Assembly (NCBI GenBank): GCA_963733575.1
Contig: CAVTDJ010000002.1
Span: forward strand, 1,235,171 to 1,299,170
Direction of reading: 5' to 3'
Length of the DNA stretch: 64,000 bases
Source of the DNA: an uncultured Alphaproteobacteria bacterium
GTDB taxonomy: Bacteria; Pseudomonadota; Alphaproteobacteria; Rhizobiales; Xanthobacteraceae
This document shows, one piece after another, positions 50,987-62,229 of this stretch (position 1 is its first letter; every line of letters starts with the position of its first letter). Below the pieces are notes generated by a model, which did not search any database, was not told where the DNA came from, and saw only the letters and a list, made by a program, of their open reading frames with translations. The position numbers and the translations under genes were made by a program.

Positions 50987-52393
50987 TCAAGGAATCTCGT
51001 ACACCGTCGTCTCGTCGGCGATGCCGCGCAAAGCAGCGCGCTGCACTGTCGGCGTCAGCCCCGTCGTTTCGAGGATTTTCGCCGACTTTGGATCTTCGAC
51101 CACCGACTGCGTGACGAAGATAGCGCGGGACGAAGCAAGGCCCTGCACGCGCGCGGCCATGTTCACGGTCTGGCCGAAATAATCCTGGCTGTTGTTGAGC
51201 GTGACGGCGAGGCACGGGCCTTCGTGTATGCCGATTTTTAGCAGCAAATCATCGTTGTGGCGCTCGGCGTTGATGCGGGTCATTTCCTCGCGCATGCGCA
51301 GCGCCGCCGCCAGCGCCCGGTCGGGCGTCGAGAACGTGGCCATGACCGCGTCGCCAATCGTCTTTACGACCGCTCCCGCCTCCGCCGCTACGACCTCGTA
51401 AAGGATGTGGAAATGCTGGCGCACGAGATCGTAGGCCACGAGATCGCCGACCCGCTCATAGAGCGCGGTCGAGCCCTTGAGATCGGTGAACAGAAAGGTG
51501 AGGCTCGTGATCTTGAGCCGCTGATCGACGTCGAGCGTGTCGGTGCGATAGATGTCGCGAAAAGTCTGGTTGGTGAGGAGGCGCTTGGCGGTCAGGAACG
51601 GCCGCCGCTTCCCGAGCAGATTGTGGAGCGGATCGCCGGCGATCCACAGCCCCGGCAGGACCCGGCGATCGGTGCGATTTTCGAGCGACAACCGCAAAGG
51701 CCCCGGCCGCATTTCGATCGTCCCAACCGGCGCCTTCACATTGTTGAACACCATCGTCAGCGATTGCCGTTCGCGCGTCGGCTCACCCTTGACGTCGATG
51801 AACTGCGTTCCGTGCGTCACTGGATCGAACGCGATGACGAACTCACTGGGGAGCTGCACCGATAGCACCGCTTTCTCGCCCGGCGGCAGTTCGATCGAAT
51901 CGACCGTGAACTCGGCGAGCTTTTCGTCCAGCGTCTCCGGCAGATCGACGCCCGAACTCCAGAAAATCTGGCGGTAATATTCGGCTTCGGGGAGCGTGTC
52001 CGGGTTGTGGGCCGCGATATGGCGCACGCGCGGGCTCACGGTGAAGGTGACCTCCACCATTTCATCAAGGGTCGGCTTGTAACCGCAGGCGCAGAGGCCG
52101 CAATCGTATTCGTCGCGGTTCACGTTCTTGAGCGTTGCGCCCGCCTCGAGCACGCCGCCGCAGCCGGGGCACAAAACATTCCACGACAATTCGAATAGAC
52201 CAAGCCGGGCGGCGTGCAGAAACGCGGCAATAGTCCGCTCTTCATCGAGCCCTTTTTTGGCGGCGAAAGCGAGCGCATTGATGCGGCAGAGGTCCCGATC
52301 GGGCGCGTCGCGAACCAAACGCTCTATGGCGGAGGCACAATCGGGATCGGACGACTGCCGCAGAACACTAAAAAGGGCTTCGGTTTCGCTCAT
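50987..52393 (-). CDS. Class III adenylate/guanylate cyclase with an N-terminal uncharacterised (Cys-containing) sensor region
   Basis: The C-terminal catalytic domain reads LTFLFTDLKGSTALYERVGD...VKTIGDAVMATF...IGIHEGPCLAV...DYFGQTVNMAARV. The start is taken at ATG 52393. Confidence 0.82.
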   Translation of the reverse strand: MSETEALFSVLRQSSDPDCASAIERLVRDAPDRDLCRINALAFAAKKGLDEERTIAAFLHAARLGLFELSWNVLCPGCGGVLEAGATLKNVNRDEYDCGLCACGYKPTLDEMVEVTFTVSPRVRHIAAHNPDTLPEAEYYRQIFWSSGVDLPETLDEKLAEFTVDSIELPPGEKAVLSVQLPSEFVIAFDPVTHGTQFIDVKGEPTRERQSLTMVFNNVKAPVGTIEMRPGPLRLSLENRTDRRVLPGLWIAGDPLHNLLGKRRPFLTAKRLLTNQTFRDIYRTDTLDVDQRLKITSLTFLFTDLKGSTALYERVGDLVAYDLVRQHFHILYEVVAAEAGAVVKTIGDAVMATFSTPDRALAAALRMREEMTRINAERHNDDLLLKIGIHEGPCLAVTLNNSQDYFGQTVNMAARVQGLASSRAIFVTQSVVEDPKSAKILETTGLTPTVQRAALRGIADETTVYEIP

Positions 52394-52519
52394 TGGAGGC
52401 TTCCCTGACACCCAAATGTGCGCGCCGAACGTAATTATCAGGTCGCGCCGCTGCAAGGCGCATCGCTGTGAAGCTCAGGGCGCCTCCTATCACGGCGATT
52501 TGAGCCGCGTTGCAGCGAC

Positions 52520-53305
52520 CTACCCGCCCGTAAGCTGAGAGTGCACCCGCTTAAGCATCGCCTCGACCGCTGCCTTGACGGTAGCGAGCTTTTCCGGGTC
52601 GCGCGAGCGCATCACGACATGGGCGTTGGCACCGCGATTCTCATCCATGAACGGATAGGAGCCAATGATGACGTCGGAATGGGCCTTCGCGATCGCGCCA
52701 AGCTCGGTGCCGATGTCACCCTCACGGCAGTCGGCGCGCACGGTTTCCGAAAGCATCTTGGCGCCGGTCTTGAGCTGCGGCGTCACATATTCGAGCATGG
52801 CTTGCATGACTGCCGGGATGCCGGCCATGACGATGACGTTGCCGATGCGGAAACCGGGCACCGCCGAGATTTTGTTGAGTACGAGTTCGCCGCCGGCGGG
52901 CACGCGCGTCATGCGCATGCGCGCCTCGTTCATCACGCCCCCGGTTTCCGCAAGCCGCGCACGCAAAATCTCAACCGCACGCGGATGATAGTCGATCGAC
53001 ACGCCAAACGCCTTGGCGACGGCATCGGCAGTGATATCGTCGTGGGTGGGGCCGATGCCGCCGGTGGTGAACACGTAAGTATAGCGCGCCCGTAGCGCGT
53101 TGAGCGCAGCGACGATTTCCGGCTCTTCGTCGGGCACGACGCGGACTTCCTTGAGGTCGATGCCGATGGCGGTGAGATATTCGGCGGTAAAGCCGATGTT
53201 CTTGTCCTTGGTGCGCCCAGACAGGATCTCATCGCCGATGACCAGGAGGCCGGCGGTGATGATCTCGCTTTCGCCCTTAGCGTTACTCTCGGCCATGCTG
53301 GCCAT
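52520..53305 (-). CDS. CinA-like / molybdopterin-binding (MoCF_BD) domain protein
   Basis: AGLLVIGDEILSGRTKDKNIGFTAEYL...YVFTTGGIGPTHDDITADAVAKAF matches the family. The start is taken at ATG 53305; the 75-codon extension in the track looks non-coding. Confidence 0.75.
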   Translation of the reverse strand: MASMAESNAKGESEIITAGLLVIGDEILSGRTKDKNIGFTAEYLTAIGIDLKEVRVVPDEEPEIVAALNALRARYTYVFTTGGIGPTHDDITADAVAKAFGVSIDYHPRAVEILRARLAETGGVMNEARMRMTRVPAGGELVLNKISAVPGFRIGNVIVMAGIPAVMQAMLEYVTPQLKTGAKMLSETVRADCREGDIGTELGAIAKAHSDVIIGSYPFMDENRGANAHVVMRSRDPEKLATVKAAVEAMLKRVHSQLTGG

Positions 53306-53471
53306 GGTAGATCTCCGCGCCTTCAGGCCTCCTCTAGCGCGACAGCCCGGACGGCTCAAGCATGGCGCCGACGGCGGGCCGAAACTGCCGCAAACCGGAT
53401 TTTGAATTAGGATTTTTCGAATTGCGATGTCCCGGTGTATACGTGACGCAAAGCCAGCGAGAGGAAACGTC

Positions 53472-54707
53472 ATGAATTTTTCAATGTCCGAGCGGCAAAA
53501 GCATTGGCGCGATCGGGTCGCGGCCTTCATGGACGCGCAGGTCTACCCGGCGGTCGAGACCTACGAGCGCCAGGACGCCGAAGGCGAGCGCTGGAAAGTC
53601 ATTCCGGTCCTCGAACAGCTGAAAGCCAAAGCCAAAGCCGAGGGCCTTTGGAATCTCTTCCTGCCGCCCTCCTCCGATCACGACGAAGGCGAATATCGCG
53701 GCGCCGGACTGACGAACCTCGACTATGCGCTTTGCTCCGAGCAGATGGGCCGCGTTTCCTGGGCTTCGGAAGTCTTCAATTGCTCGGCGCCGGACACCGG
53801 CAACATGGAGGTGCTGCATCGGTACGGGTCGCCGGAGCAAAAAGCGAAATGGCTGCGGCCGCTCCTTGCCGGAGAAATCCGCTCGGCGTTCCTCATGACC
53901 GAACCGGCGGTGGCTTCTTCGGACGCAACCAATATCGAGACTTCGATCACCCGCGACGGCAACGACTATGTAGTCAAAGGCCGCAAATGGTGGTCGTCAG
54001 GCGTCGGCGATCCGCGCTGCAAGATCGCCATCGTCATGGGAAAGACCGACCCGAGCCGCGTCAGGCACGAACAGCAGTCGCAAATTCTCGTTCCGCTCAA
54101 TACGCCCGGCATCAAGGTTTTGCGCATGCTGCCGGTTTTCGGTTACGACGACGCTCCGCATGGGCACGCCGAAGTCCTTCTCGACAATGTTCGCGTACCG
54201 GCGAGCAACCTTCTTCTCGGCGAAGGCCGCGGCTTTGAAATCGCGCAGGGCCGCCTCGGTCCGGGGCGCATTCACCATTGCATGCGCACGCTGGGAGCGG
54301 CAGAGGTCGCGCTGGAAAAGATGACCAAGCGGCTTTTGTCGCGCACGGCCTTCGGCAAAAAGCTCGCCGAGCACTCCGTCTGGGAGCAGCGTATTGCGGA
54401 AGCGCGCATCGACATCGAGATGACGCGCTTGCTCTGTCTCAAGGCAGCCGACATGATGGACAAGGTCGGCAACAAGGCGGCGCAACTCGAAATCGCCATG
54501 ATCAAGGTAGCGGCGCCGCGCATCGCGCTGCGCGTGATTGACGATGCGATTCAGGCGCATGGCGGCATGGGCGTCAGCAGCGACGCAGGATTGGCGAAGG
54601 CGTACGCGCATATCCGCACGCTTCGGCTCGCCGACGGTCCGGACGAAGTCCATTGCCGCGCGATCTCACGCCTCGAAATGCGCAAATATACTAACACGCG
54701 GGTGTGA
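53472..54707 (+). CDS. Acyl-CoA dehydrogenase family protein
   Basis: 411 aa with [22 protein letters not shown]...GRKWWSSG...[16 protein letters not shown], an ACAD10/11-like pattern. The start is ATG 53472. Confidence 0.82.
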   Translation: MNFSMSERQKHWRDRVAAFMDAQVYPAVETYERQDAEGERWKVIPVLEQLKAKAKAEGLWNLFLPPSSDHDEGEYRGAGLTNLDYALCSEQMGRVSWASEVFNCSAPDTGNMEVLHRYGSPEQKAKWLRPLLAGEIRSAFLMTEPAVASSDATNIETSITRDGNDYVVKGRKWWSSGVGDPRCKIAIVMGKTDPSRVRHEQQSQILVPLNTPGIKVLRMLPVFGYDDAPHGHAEVLLDNVRVPASNLLLGEGRGFEIAQGRLGPGRIHHCMRTLGAAEVALEKMTKRLLSRTAFGKKLAEHSVWEQRIAEARIDIEMTRLLCLKAADMMDKVGNKAAQLEIAMIKVAAPRIALRVIDDAIQAHGGMGVSSDAGLAKAYAHIRTLRLADGPDEVHCRAISRLEMRKYTNTRV

Positions 54708-54723
54708 GACGCGGCAGCTCCGC

Positions 54724-56463
54724 TCAATGCGCGTGTTCGACGAACAAGCGCTTGAGCTCGTTCTTCAGGATCTTGCCGTTCGGATTGCGCGGCAGCATGC
54801 CGGCAGAAAAGAGTATCTTCACCGGCACCTTGAACGCCGCGAGCCGCTCGGCAACGAAAGCGCGTAGATCTTCATCGTCGGCCGTCATGCCCGGTTTGAG
54901 GGTGACGACCGCGCCCGGCTCTTCGCCAAGCGAGTGATGCGGAATGGCGACGATGGCGGCATCGATGACGGCGGGATGCTCGTAAAGGGCGTTTTCCACT
55001 TCGATGCAGTAGATGTTCTCGCCGCCGCGGATCAGCATGTCCTTCGCCCGGTCGAGGATGTAGCAGAAGCCTTCCTCATCGAGCCGGGCGATGTCGCCGG
55101 TCCGCAACCAGCCGTCGATGAAAGTGGCCGCAGTGGCCTCCGGATTGCGCCAATAGCCTTTCACGACATTCGGACCCTTGACCCAAAGCTCGCCGATGGC
55201 GCCGGCGGGCAATTCCAGGCCGGCGTCGTCCATGATCTTCATGTCGCCGACCGGCAGCGCCGGACCGCTGCTGGCCGGCCGCAGTTCGTAGTCTTCGGCC
55301 GCGTGACCCGTAAACCCGCCGGAGGTTTCGGTCATCCCCCACCCAGTGGCCGGCGCCGACGCCGGAAATTTTTCTTTCAATTTTGGCACCAGCTCGGCCG
55401 CCGCCGGTGCGCCGCCATAAGCGATGCTCTCCAGCGACGACAGGTCATAATTTTCCAGCGCGGGATGCTCGAGCAACTGCCAAGCGATGGTCGGAACGCC
55501 GCCGGCGCTGGTGACGCGCTCGCGTTCGATAAGCTGCATGGCCAGTTCGGGGTCCCACTTGTGCATGAAGACCAGTTTGCCGCCTACGGCCAGCAGCGGG
55601 ATCATCGTGGCGTGGCAGCCGGTCGTGTGAAACAACGGAATCACGAGCAGCGTGCATTTCTGCGGCGCATTCGGATCCGGCGCCGGTATCGGTTCGCCGC
55701 GGCGCAGGAAGGCTCGCGCCAGCCCGAAGGACCGGCCCAACACTGACGTGGTGGCATTGCAATGCGTTCCGAGAGCGCCTTTCGGCTTCCCGGTCGTGCC
55801 TGACGTGTAAAGGATGGTGGCGTCGTCCTCCGGATCAAGCGGCACGTTCGGCAGCGGCCGATCAGGCAGTAGATGCCAGGAATTCACCTCGCCGGTCACG
55901 GATTCGAGCTTGGTGACTTTGGGGTGCGCCACCTCCTCGCTCTCGCGGCTGACGAAGATACGCTCCAGCGCTGGACAATTGTGCAGATGCTCGAACAGCC
56001 GTTCCAGCCGATCACGATCGACGATGGCAACCTTGGCGCCGGAATCGTTGAGGCCGTACTGGAGCTCCGGCCCGGTCCACCAGGCGTTTAGCAACGTCGC
56101 GACGCCGCCCACGAGCAGACAGCCAAAGAAAGCGGCTGGCCATTCCGGCAGGTTGCGCATGGCGATGGCAACGCGGTCGCCTTTTTTGACACCGGCCTGT
56201 TGAAGCGCCTCGGCGATGACGAGCGCGGCGCGCGCGAAATCCTCATAGCTCGCGCGCTCGTCACGGTAGACAACGAATGTCTTGCTGCCGTGGGATCGGC
56301 CTAAAAGAAAGACTTCACGCATGGTCGGCGGTGCGTTCTTCCACACGCGCGTACGCACGCCGCGGATGTCGCGCTCATCCATCTCAAAGGGCGAACCCGG
56401 ACGGGTCAGCAGCGCAGTGGCTCGCGCCAGCGAAATGACCGGAAAGTTTTTCGGTACAGCCAC
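54724..56463 (-). CDS. Acyl-CoA synthetase / AMP-dependent ligase
   Basis: 579 aa with the AMP-binding motif ILYTSGTTGKPKGA, GWGMTETSG, TGDIARLDEEGFCYILDRAKD and a C-terminal PRNPNGKILK. Confidence 0.9.
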   Translation of the reverse strand: MAVPKNFPVISLARATALLTRPGSPFEMDERDIRGVRTRVWKNAPPTMREVFLLGRSHGSKTFVVYRDERASYEDFARAALVIAEALQQAGVKKGDRVAIAMRNLPEWPAAFFGCLLVGGVATLLNAWWTGPELQYGLNDSGAKVAIVDRDRLERLFEHLHNCPALERIFVSRESEEVAHPKVTKLESVTGEVNSWHLLPDRPLPNVPLDPEDDATILYTSGTTGKPKGALGTHCNATTSVLGRSFGLARAFLRRGEPIPAPDPNAPQKCTLLVIPLFHTTGCHATMIPLLAVGGKLVFMHKWDPELAMQLIERERVTSAGGVPTIAWQLLEHPALENYDLSSLESIAYGGAPAAAELVPKLKEKFPASAPATGWGMTETSGGFTGHAAEDYELRPASSGPALPVGDMKIMDDAGLELPAGAIGELWVKGPNVVKGYWRNPEATAATFIDGWLRTGDIARLDEEGFCYILDRAKDMLIRGGENIYCIEVENALYEHPAVIDAAIVAIPHHSLGEEPGAVVTLKPGMTADDEDLRAFVAERLAAFKVPVKILFSAGMLPRNPNGKILKNELKRLFVEHAH

Positions 56464-56488
56464 GTCTCCTCCGTTGCGCGACCGAAAC

Positions 56489-57631
56489 TCAATAGCTCTG
56501 CAAGCGGGCGAGACGGTCGGCGTGGAAGCCCGCGTCGCCGAAAAGCTCCTGGCCGACGCGCGCGCGCTTCATGAACAGGCCGATATCAAATTCATCGGTC
56601 ATGCCCATGCCGCCATGCATTTGCACGGCTTCCTGAACCGCAAGCGTCGCGCTCGCGCCGGCGCGCGCTTTGGCGACCGCGACATACATCGCCGCACGCT
56701 CGAAATCGGCGACGAGCATTTGCAGCGCCTTCAAGACCGCGGCCTGCGTGATCTCGAGCTCCGTGAACATGTGAGCGGCCCGGTGTTGCAAAGCCTGGAA
56801 CGAGCCGATCGGCTGACCAAATTGTTTACGCTCCTTGAGGTAGGAAAGCGTGCGTCCGAACGCCTCCTCGCCTACGCCGGTCAGTTCGGCGGCAACAGCG
56901 GCACGGCCGACATTAAGCGTGGCTTCAAGCAGCGGCCAGCCGTGGTCGATCTCACCGATCACGGCGTCGGCATCAATCTGTACGCGATCGAAACGGATAC
57001 GTGCGGCGTTATGGGCATCGACCAGGATCGTGCGCTCGATCTCAATGCCTTTTGCCTTGGCGTCAACGAGGAACAGCGTAAGGCCGTCGGTTTCGCTGGG
57101 CGCGCCGGCGCTGCGCGCGGCGACGATGAACAGGTCGGCAACGTGTCCGTCGACGACAAAGCATTTGTCGCCGGTCAGCGCGAAACCGTTGCCGCTGCGT
57201 TCGGCCTTGAGCGCGGTTGCGCTTGGTGCGTGTTTCGTTCGCTCATCGACCGCCAATGCCAGAAGAAGGTCGCCGCTCGCGAGCTTGGGCAACAGCTCGC
57301 CGTTGCGCGCGCTATTGCCGTCTCGCAACAGCGTGGTCGCGCCAACAAGCGCCGTCGATAAAAACGGTGATGGCGTGAGATTGCGGCCGATCTCTTCCAT
57401 GATCACACCGGCCTCGACATAGCCGAGCCCGGAACCGCCCAAAGCCTCGGGCACGAGGATGCCGCAAAAGCCCATCTCGGCGAATGCCTTCCACAGCTCG
57501 CGCGAAAAGCCGGCTTGATCCCGCGCGTCGCGCAGTTTGCGCAAATGCGCCACCGGACCTTTGTCGGCGAGAAAGGCGCGCGCGTTGTCGCGCACCATCA
57601 TCTGTTCTTCGTTGAGGATAAGCGCCATCAT
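56489..57631 (-). CDS. Acyl-CoA dehydrogenase family protein (no EGT-type catalytic motif near the C-terminus)
   Basis: 380 aa with an ACAD fold pattern (...VQMHGGMGMTDEFDIGLFMKRARVGQELFGDAGFH...). It lies 12 nt downstream of the next ACAD gene. Confidence 0.8.
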   Translation of the reverse strand: MMALILNEEQMMVRDNARAFLADKGPVAHLRKLRDARDQAGFSRELWKAFAEMGFCGILVPEALGGSGLGYVEAGVIMEEIGRNLTPSPFLSTALVGATTLLRDGNSARNGELLPKLASGDLLLALAVDERTKHAPSATALKAERSGNGFALTGDKCFVVDGHVADLFIVAARSAGAPSETDGLTLFLVDAKAKGIEIERTILVDAHNAARIRFDRVQIDADAVIGEIDHGWPLLEATLNVGRAAVAAELTGVGEEAFGRTLSYLKERKQFGQPIGSFQALQHRAAHMFTELEITQAAVLKALQMLVADFERAAMYVAVAKARAGASATLAVQEAVQMHGGMGMTDEFDIGLFMKRARVGQELFGDAGFHADRLARLQSY

Positions 57632-57643
57632 CCCTCTCCGCCT

Positions 57644-58822
57644 TTACGCGCCGGGCAGTTCCAGGATGCGCTTGGCAATCACGTTGAGCTGCACTTCGCT
57701 CGTTCCGCCTTCGATCGAATTGGCCTTGGTGCGCAGCCAGCTCCGGGCGGCGTCGCCGCTGCGGGAGCGCGCGCTTTCCCACTCGAGCGCCTCCGAGCCT
57801 CCCGCCGACATCAGGAGCTCATGCCGGCGTTTATTTAATTCTGCGCCGTAATATTTGAGCATCGAGGAAATCGCCGGGTTCACCTGTTTGGTTTTCAAGA
57901 GATCGCCGGTGCGCTCCAGAGCAAGCTGGAACGCGAACGCGTCGATTTCGAAGCGCGCAATGTCCGCGCGCAGGCATGTATCCGCGAGGACGCCGGCCTC
58001 CGTTCCCACGGAATCGGCCGCGACCTGCCCGAGCGGGCGTCCCGCGGTCATCCCTATTGAGCTGATCATTTCACGTTCGTGCGTCAGCAGATATTTGGCG
58101 ACTTCCCAGCCTTTGTTGAGCTCCCCGACCACATTCCCTTTGGGAACGCGCACGTTCTCGAAGAAAGTCTCGCAAAAAGGCGACTTTCCCGAAATCAGCA
58201 GGATCGGCTTCGTGGACACACCAGGCGATTTCATATCGAAGAGAATGAAGCTGATGCCGAGATGCTTCGGCGCGGCCGGATCGGTTCGCACCAGGCAAAA
58301 AATCCAATCGGCCTTATCGGCGTAACTCGTCCAGATTTTCTGGCCGTTGACGAGGAAATGATCGCCCTTGTCCTCGGCACGGGTTGCCAGGGAGGCCAGA
58401 TCGGACCCGGAATTGGGTTCCGAGTAGCCCTGGCACCAGCGAATTTCGCCGCGCGCGATCTGAGGGAGATAGTGGTGCTTCTGCTCTTCCGTTCCGTATT
58501 TGAGCAAGGCCGGACCAAGCATCCAGATGCCGAATGAGTTGAGCGGCGAGCGGCAGCCAAGCCTGCGCATTTCACCGCGCAGGATTTTGCCCTCCTCGCG
58601 CGAGAGCCTTCCGCCGCCATATTCCGTGGGCCATTCAGGTACCGTCCAGCCGCGCGCGAGCATGCGTTTGAACCAGAGACGCTGGCCTTCGGATTTGAAC
58701 GTCGCGTTGCGCCCGCCCCAAAAGCGATCGTCGTCGTCATCGAACGGGAGCCGCATGTCGGGCGGGCAGCTGGCTTCGAGCCAGGCACGCGTCTCGCTGC
58801 GGAATGTTTCCAGATCGGCCAT
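57644..58822 (-). CDS. Acyl-CoA dehydrogenase family protein
   Basis: MADLETFRSETRAWLE...CQGYSEPNSGSDLASL...IEGGTSEVQLNVIAKRILELPG matches the family. An AAGGAG SD precedes ATG 58822. Confidence 0.85.
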   Translation of the reverse strand: MADLETFRSETRAWLEASCPPDMRLPFDDDDDRFWGGRNATFKSEGQRLWFKRMLARGWTVPEWPTEYGGGRLSREEGKILRGEMRRLGCRSPLNSFGIWMLGPALLKYGTEEQKHHYLPQIARGEIRWCQGYSEPNSGSDLASLATRAEDKGDHFLVNGQKIWTSYADKADWIFCLVRTDPAAPKHLGISFILFDMKSPGVSTKPILLISGKSPFCETFFENVRVPKGNVVGELNKGWEVAKYLLTHEREMISSIGMTAGRPLGQVAADSVGTEAGVLADTCLRADIARFEIDAFAFQLALERTGDLLKTKQVNPAISSMLKYYGAELNKRRHELLMSAGGSEALEWESARSRSGDAARSWLRTKANSIEGGTSEVQLNVIAKRILELPGA

Positions 58823-58866
58823 CGGCGAATTCTCCTTATGCGGCTTTCGCTGTCGCGCAGTTCCGA

Positions 58867-59655
58867 TCAAGCAATCGTAACGCCGCCATCCACGACGATG
58901 GTTTGTCCGGTCATGAAGCTTCCGGCCTGCGAGGCCAAAAGAATTGCAGCCCCGGCGATCTCATCCGGTTCGCCAATGCGGCCGAGCGGCGTCTGTTCGT
59001 TTCTCTTTTTCAGATTGTCCGGATTTTCCCAGAGAGCGCGCGCGAAGTCGGTGCGAATAAGACCCGGGGCGATGCAATTGATCCGAACATTGTGCGGTCC
59101 AAGCTCTACGGCAAGATTGCGCGCGAGCTGCATATCCGCTGCTTTGGAAATGCAATAGCTGCCGATGACTGGGCTGCCTTTGAGACCACCGATGGACGAG
59201 ACGATGATGATCGCGCCATCCTTGCGGGCAATCATTTGCGGCGCCACGAGCGTGATCAGCCAATGGTTGGAGACAATGTTATTGTCGAGGATCTTGCGCA
59301 ATTGCTCGTCGGTGATGGTGTGCATCGGCCCGTAATGGGGATTTGAAGCGGCATTGCAGACGAGCACGTGGATTTGGCCGAAGGCGCGCAGCGTCTCGTC
59401 GACGAGGCGCTGAATGTGCTCCTTCGAAGAGATATTTGCCGAAACGGCGATGGCGCGGCCCTCGCCGTACTTCGCGTTGATCGCGGCCGCCACCTCGCGG
59501 CAGGGTTCGATGTTGCGTGCGGAGACGACGACCTTTGCCCCCTGCTCGGCCATTCGCTCGACGATTGCGCGTCCGATGCCGCGCGACGAGCCGGTGACCA
59601 CGGCCACTTTTCCACTGAGGTCGAATAGCGACACGGCCGTTCCTTCCCCTTGCAT
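58867..59655 (-). CDS. SDR-family oxidoreductase
   Basis: 262 aa with VVTGSSRGIGRAI (TGxxxGxG), NAAS, and the YCISKAA (YxxxK) catalytic motif. Confidence 0.9.
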   Translation of the reverse strand: MQGEGTAVSLFDLSGKVAVVTGSSRGIGRAIVERMAEQGAKVVVSARNIEPCREVAAAINAKYGEGRAIAVSANISSKEHIQRLVDETLRAFGQIHVLVCNAASNPHYGPMHTITDEQLRKILDNNIVSNHWLITLVAPQMIARKDGAIIIVSSIGGLKGSPVIGSYCISKAADMQLARNLAVELGPHNVRINCIAPGLIRTDFARALWENPDNLKKRNEQTPLGRIGEPDEIAGAAILLASQAGSFMTGQTIVVDGGVTIA

Positions 59656-59719
59656 ATGATGTATTTTGCGCCAGCTTATTCAGACCAAAGCAAACCGGCA
59701 AGCTGAAGAGGAAACGTCG

Positions 59720-61801
59720 ATGAGCGCCATCAATTCCGTAACAGACCTGAGCCGCGAAGGCGACATCGCCGTCGTCACGATCAACTCGCCGCCCGTCAAT
59801 GCGCTTTCGGCCGATGTGCGCAACGGCATTCGCGACGGCGTTCAGCAGGCGGCGGCTGATCCGGCCGTCAAAGCCATCGTTCTGATTTGCGGCGGCCGCA
59901 CCTTTATCGCCGGCGCGGATATTTCCGAATTCGGCAAGCCCGCGAAAGGCGCGACACTTCCCGAGCTCCAGGGTGCGCTGGAAGGCAGTCCCAAGCCGGT
60001 CGTCGCCGCCGTTCACGGCACGGCCTTGGGCGGCGGATTCGAAGTGGCGCTCATGTGCCACTACCGCGTCGCGGTATCGTCAGCGAAGCTCGGGCTGCCC
60101 GAGATCAAGCTTGGTCTCATTCCCGGCGCCGGAGGTACGCAACGCCTGCCGCGATTGAGCGGCGTCGAGAATGCGCTCAATGCCATCCTTTCGGGTACGC
60201 CGTTTGGCGCCAAGCAAGCGCTCGATTGGGGCGTCGTCGACACGCTGGTCGAGGAAGGGAAATTGCGCGAAGGGGCGCTAACATTCGCCCGCAAAGTCAT
60301 CGACACGCACATGCCGCTGCGCAAGATCCGCGACCGCAACGACAAGATCGAAGCGGCGCGCGGGAAGCCTGAGGTTTTCGAAAAGATCCGTCGCGAGAAT
60401 GCGCGCAAATTCCGCGGCTTCGAAGCTTGGGAGGCCGCGATGCGGGCGGTGAAGGCCGCAGTCGAGCTGCCCTTCGACGAAGGCTTGAAGCTCGAGCGGC
60501 AAGCCTTCCTCGACCTCGTTCCGACCGCGCAGTCGCGCGCGCAGCGCTATGTATTCTTTGCCGAGCGCAAGGTGTGGAAGATCGCCGACGTGCCAGACGA
60601 CACGCCGGTCCTGCCCATCAAGAAAGTGGGCGTCATCGGCGCCGGCACCATGGGTGGCGGCATATCGATGAATTTCCTCAACGCCGGCATTCCGGTGACG
60701 ATCGTCGAAACGGCACAGGCAGCGCTCGACCGTGGCCTCGGCAGGATCCGCCGCAACTATGAGAACACTGCGAAGAAAGGCCGGCTCACGCAGGCCGATG
60801 TCGAAACGCGCATGGGGCTGCTCAGTCCCGGCTTGAATCTCGATACGTTGGCCGACTGCGATCTCATCATCGAGGCAGTCTTCGAGAATATGGAGATCAA
60901 GAAAGAGGTCTTCGGCAAGCTCGACAAGATCGCTAAAAAAGGCGCGATCCTCGCCTCCAACACGTCCTACCTCGACATTGACGAGATTGCCTCGGCGACG
61001 AGCCGGCCGGCCGACGTGATCGGCATGCACTTCTTCTCACCGGCGAACGTGATGCGACTCCTCGAAGTCGTGCGTGGCGCGAAGACCGCGAAGCCGGTGA
61101 TCGCAACCGTCATGCAGCTGGCCAGGAAGATCGGCAAGACCGCCGTTCTCGTTGGCGTGTGCCACGGTTTCGTCGGCAATCGCATGCTGGCGCAGCGCCA
61201 GCGCGAGGCGCAAAAGCTCATCCTCGAAGGCGCCATGCCATGGGATGTCGATCGCGTCATTTACGATTTCGGTCTGCCGATGGGACCCTTCGCCATGAGC
61301 GACCTCGCCGGCCTCGACATCGGCTGGTCGAAGGAGGCGAGCAAATCTTCGACGATCCGGGAAATCCTCTGCGAGATGGACCGGCGCGGCCAAAAGACCG
61401 GCGCGGGCTTCTACGACTACGATGAAGCCCGCAACGCGAAACCATCGCCTGTGGTGGAGAAGATCATCCTCGATTTCGCCGCCAAAAAGGGCATCAACCG
61501 GCGCACAATCTCGGATGAGGAGATACTCGAGCGCTGCATCTACCCGATGATCAATGAAGGCGCAAAAATCCTCGATGAAGGCAAGGCGCAGCGCGCCTCC
61601 GACATCGATATCGTCTGGATCAACGGCTACGGTTGGCCGGTCTATCGTGGCGGTCCGATGTTCTATGGCGATTTGATCGGTCCCGAAAAAGTCCTCGCCA
61701 AGCTGAAGGAGTTCGAGGCAACCATGGGCGACGACTTCAAACCAGCGCCGCTTCTCGAACGGATCGTTGCAGAAGGCAAACGGCTCTCTGACGTCGGCTG
61801 A
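59720..61801 (+). CDS. Bifunctional enoyl-CoA hydratase / 3-hydroxyacyl-CoA dehydrogenase (FadB/FadJ-like)
   Basis: The N-terminal crotonase part reads [13 protein letters not shown]...[13 protein letters not shown]...[16 protein letters not shown]. The NAD-binding stretch [14 protein letters not shown] and the [15 protein letters not shown] block follow. The start is ATG 59720. Confidence 0.9.
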   Translation: MSAINSVTDLSREGDIAVVTINSPPVNALSADVRNGIRDGVQQAAADPAVKAIVLICGGRTFIAGADISEFGKPAKGATLPELQGALEGSPKPVVAAVHGTALGGGFEVALMCHYRVAVSSAKLGLPEIKLGLIPGAGGTQRLPRLSGVENALNAILSGTPFGAKQALDWGVVDTLVEEGKLREGALTFARKVIDTHMPLRKIRDRNDKIEAARGKPEVFEKIRRENARKFRGFEAWEAAMRAVKAAVELPFDEGLKLERQAFLDLVPTAQSRAQRYVFFAERKVWKIADVPDDTPVLPIKKVGVIGAGTMGGGISMNFLNAGIPVTIVETAQAALDRGLGRIRRNYENTAKKGRLTQADVETRMGLLSPGLNLDTLADCDLIIEAVFENMEIKKEVFGKLDKIAKKGAILASNTSYLDIDEIASATSRPADVIGMHFFSPANVMRLLEVVRGAKTAKPVIATVMQLARKIGKTAVLVGVCHGFVGNRMLAQRQREAQKLILEGAMPWDVDRVIYDFGLPMGPFAMSDLAGLDIGWSKEASKSSTIREILCEMDRRGQKTGAGFYDYDEARNAKPSPVVEKIILDFAAKKGINRRTISDEEILERCIYPMINEGAKILDEGKAQRASDIDIVWINGYGWPVYRGGPMFYGDLIGPEKVLAKLKEFEATMGDDFKPAPLLERIVAEGKRLSDVG

Positions 61802-61809
61802 GCCTCGCC

Positions 61810-62229
61810 ATGAGCGATGACGGCGTACCCGAGGGGTTCGAGCGCCATACGCGCCGCAGCGGCCTCACCGATCCTTGGGAGCCGATCTATGCACGGCGCT
61901 CGGCGCGCGAAATTCGTCTTGGATTTAGAGCCGCAGCATCGCATGCGAATAGTCGTGGCTTCGTTCATGGAGGTCTGATTTCCGCCCTTGCCGACAATGC
62001 AATGGGACTGAGCTGCGGCCAGCAGCTGACGGATATTTCCACCTTCGTGACAGTCAGTCTGAGCCTCGATTTCGTTGCGTCTGCAAAGATCGGCCAATGG
62101 GTGGAAATACGGCCCGAAGTCATAAAGACCGGCAAATCGCTGTGCTTTGCACGTGCGCTCGTCATGGCGGACGATTTTGTGTGTGCCCGCGCAAGCGGCG
62201 TCTTCATGACGGCCGCCCGCCGGCCGTGA
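61810..62229 (+). CDS. PaaI-family (hotdog) thioesterase
   Basis: 139 aa with NSRGFVHGGLISALADNAMG and a C-terminal KTGKSLCFARALV. Confidence 0.75.
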   Translation: MSDDGVPEGFERHTRRSGLTDPWEPIYARRSAREIRLGFRAAASHANSRGFVHGGLISALADNAMGLSCGQQLTDISTFVTVSLSLDFVASAKIGQWVEIRPEVIKTGKSLCFARALVMADDFVCARASGVFMTAARRP

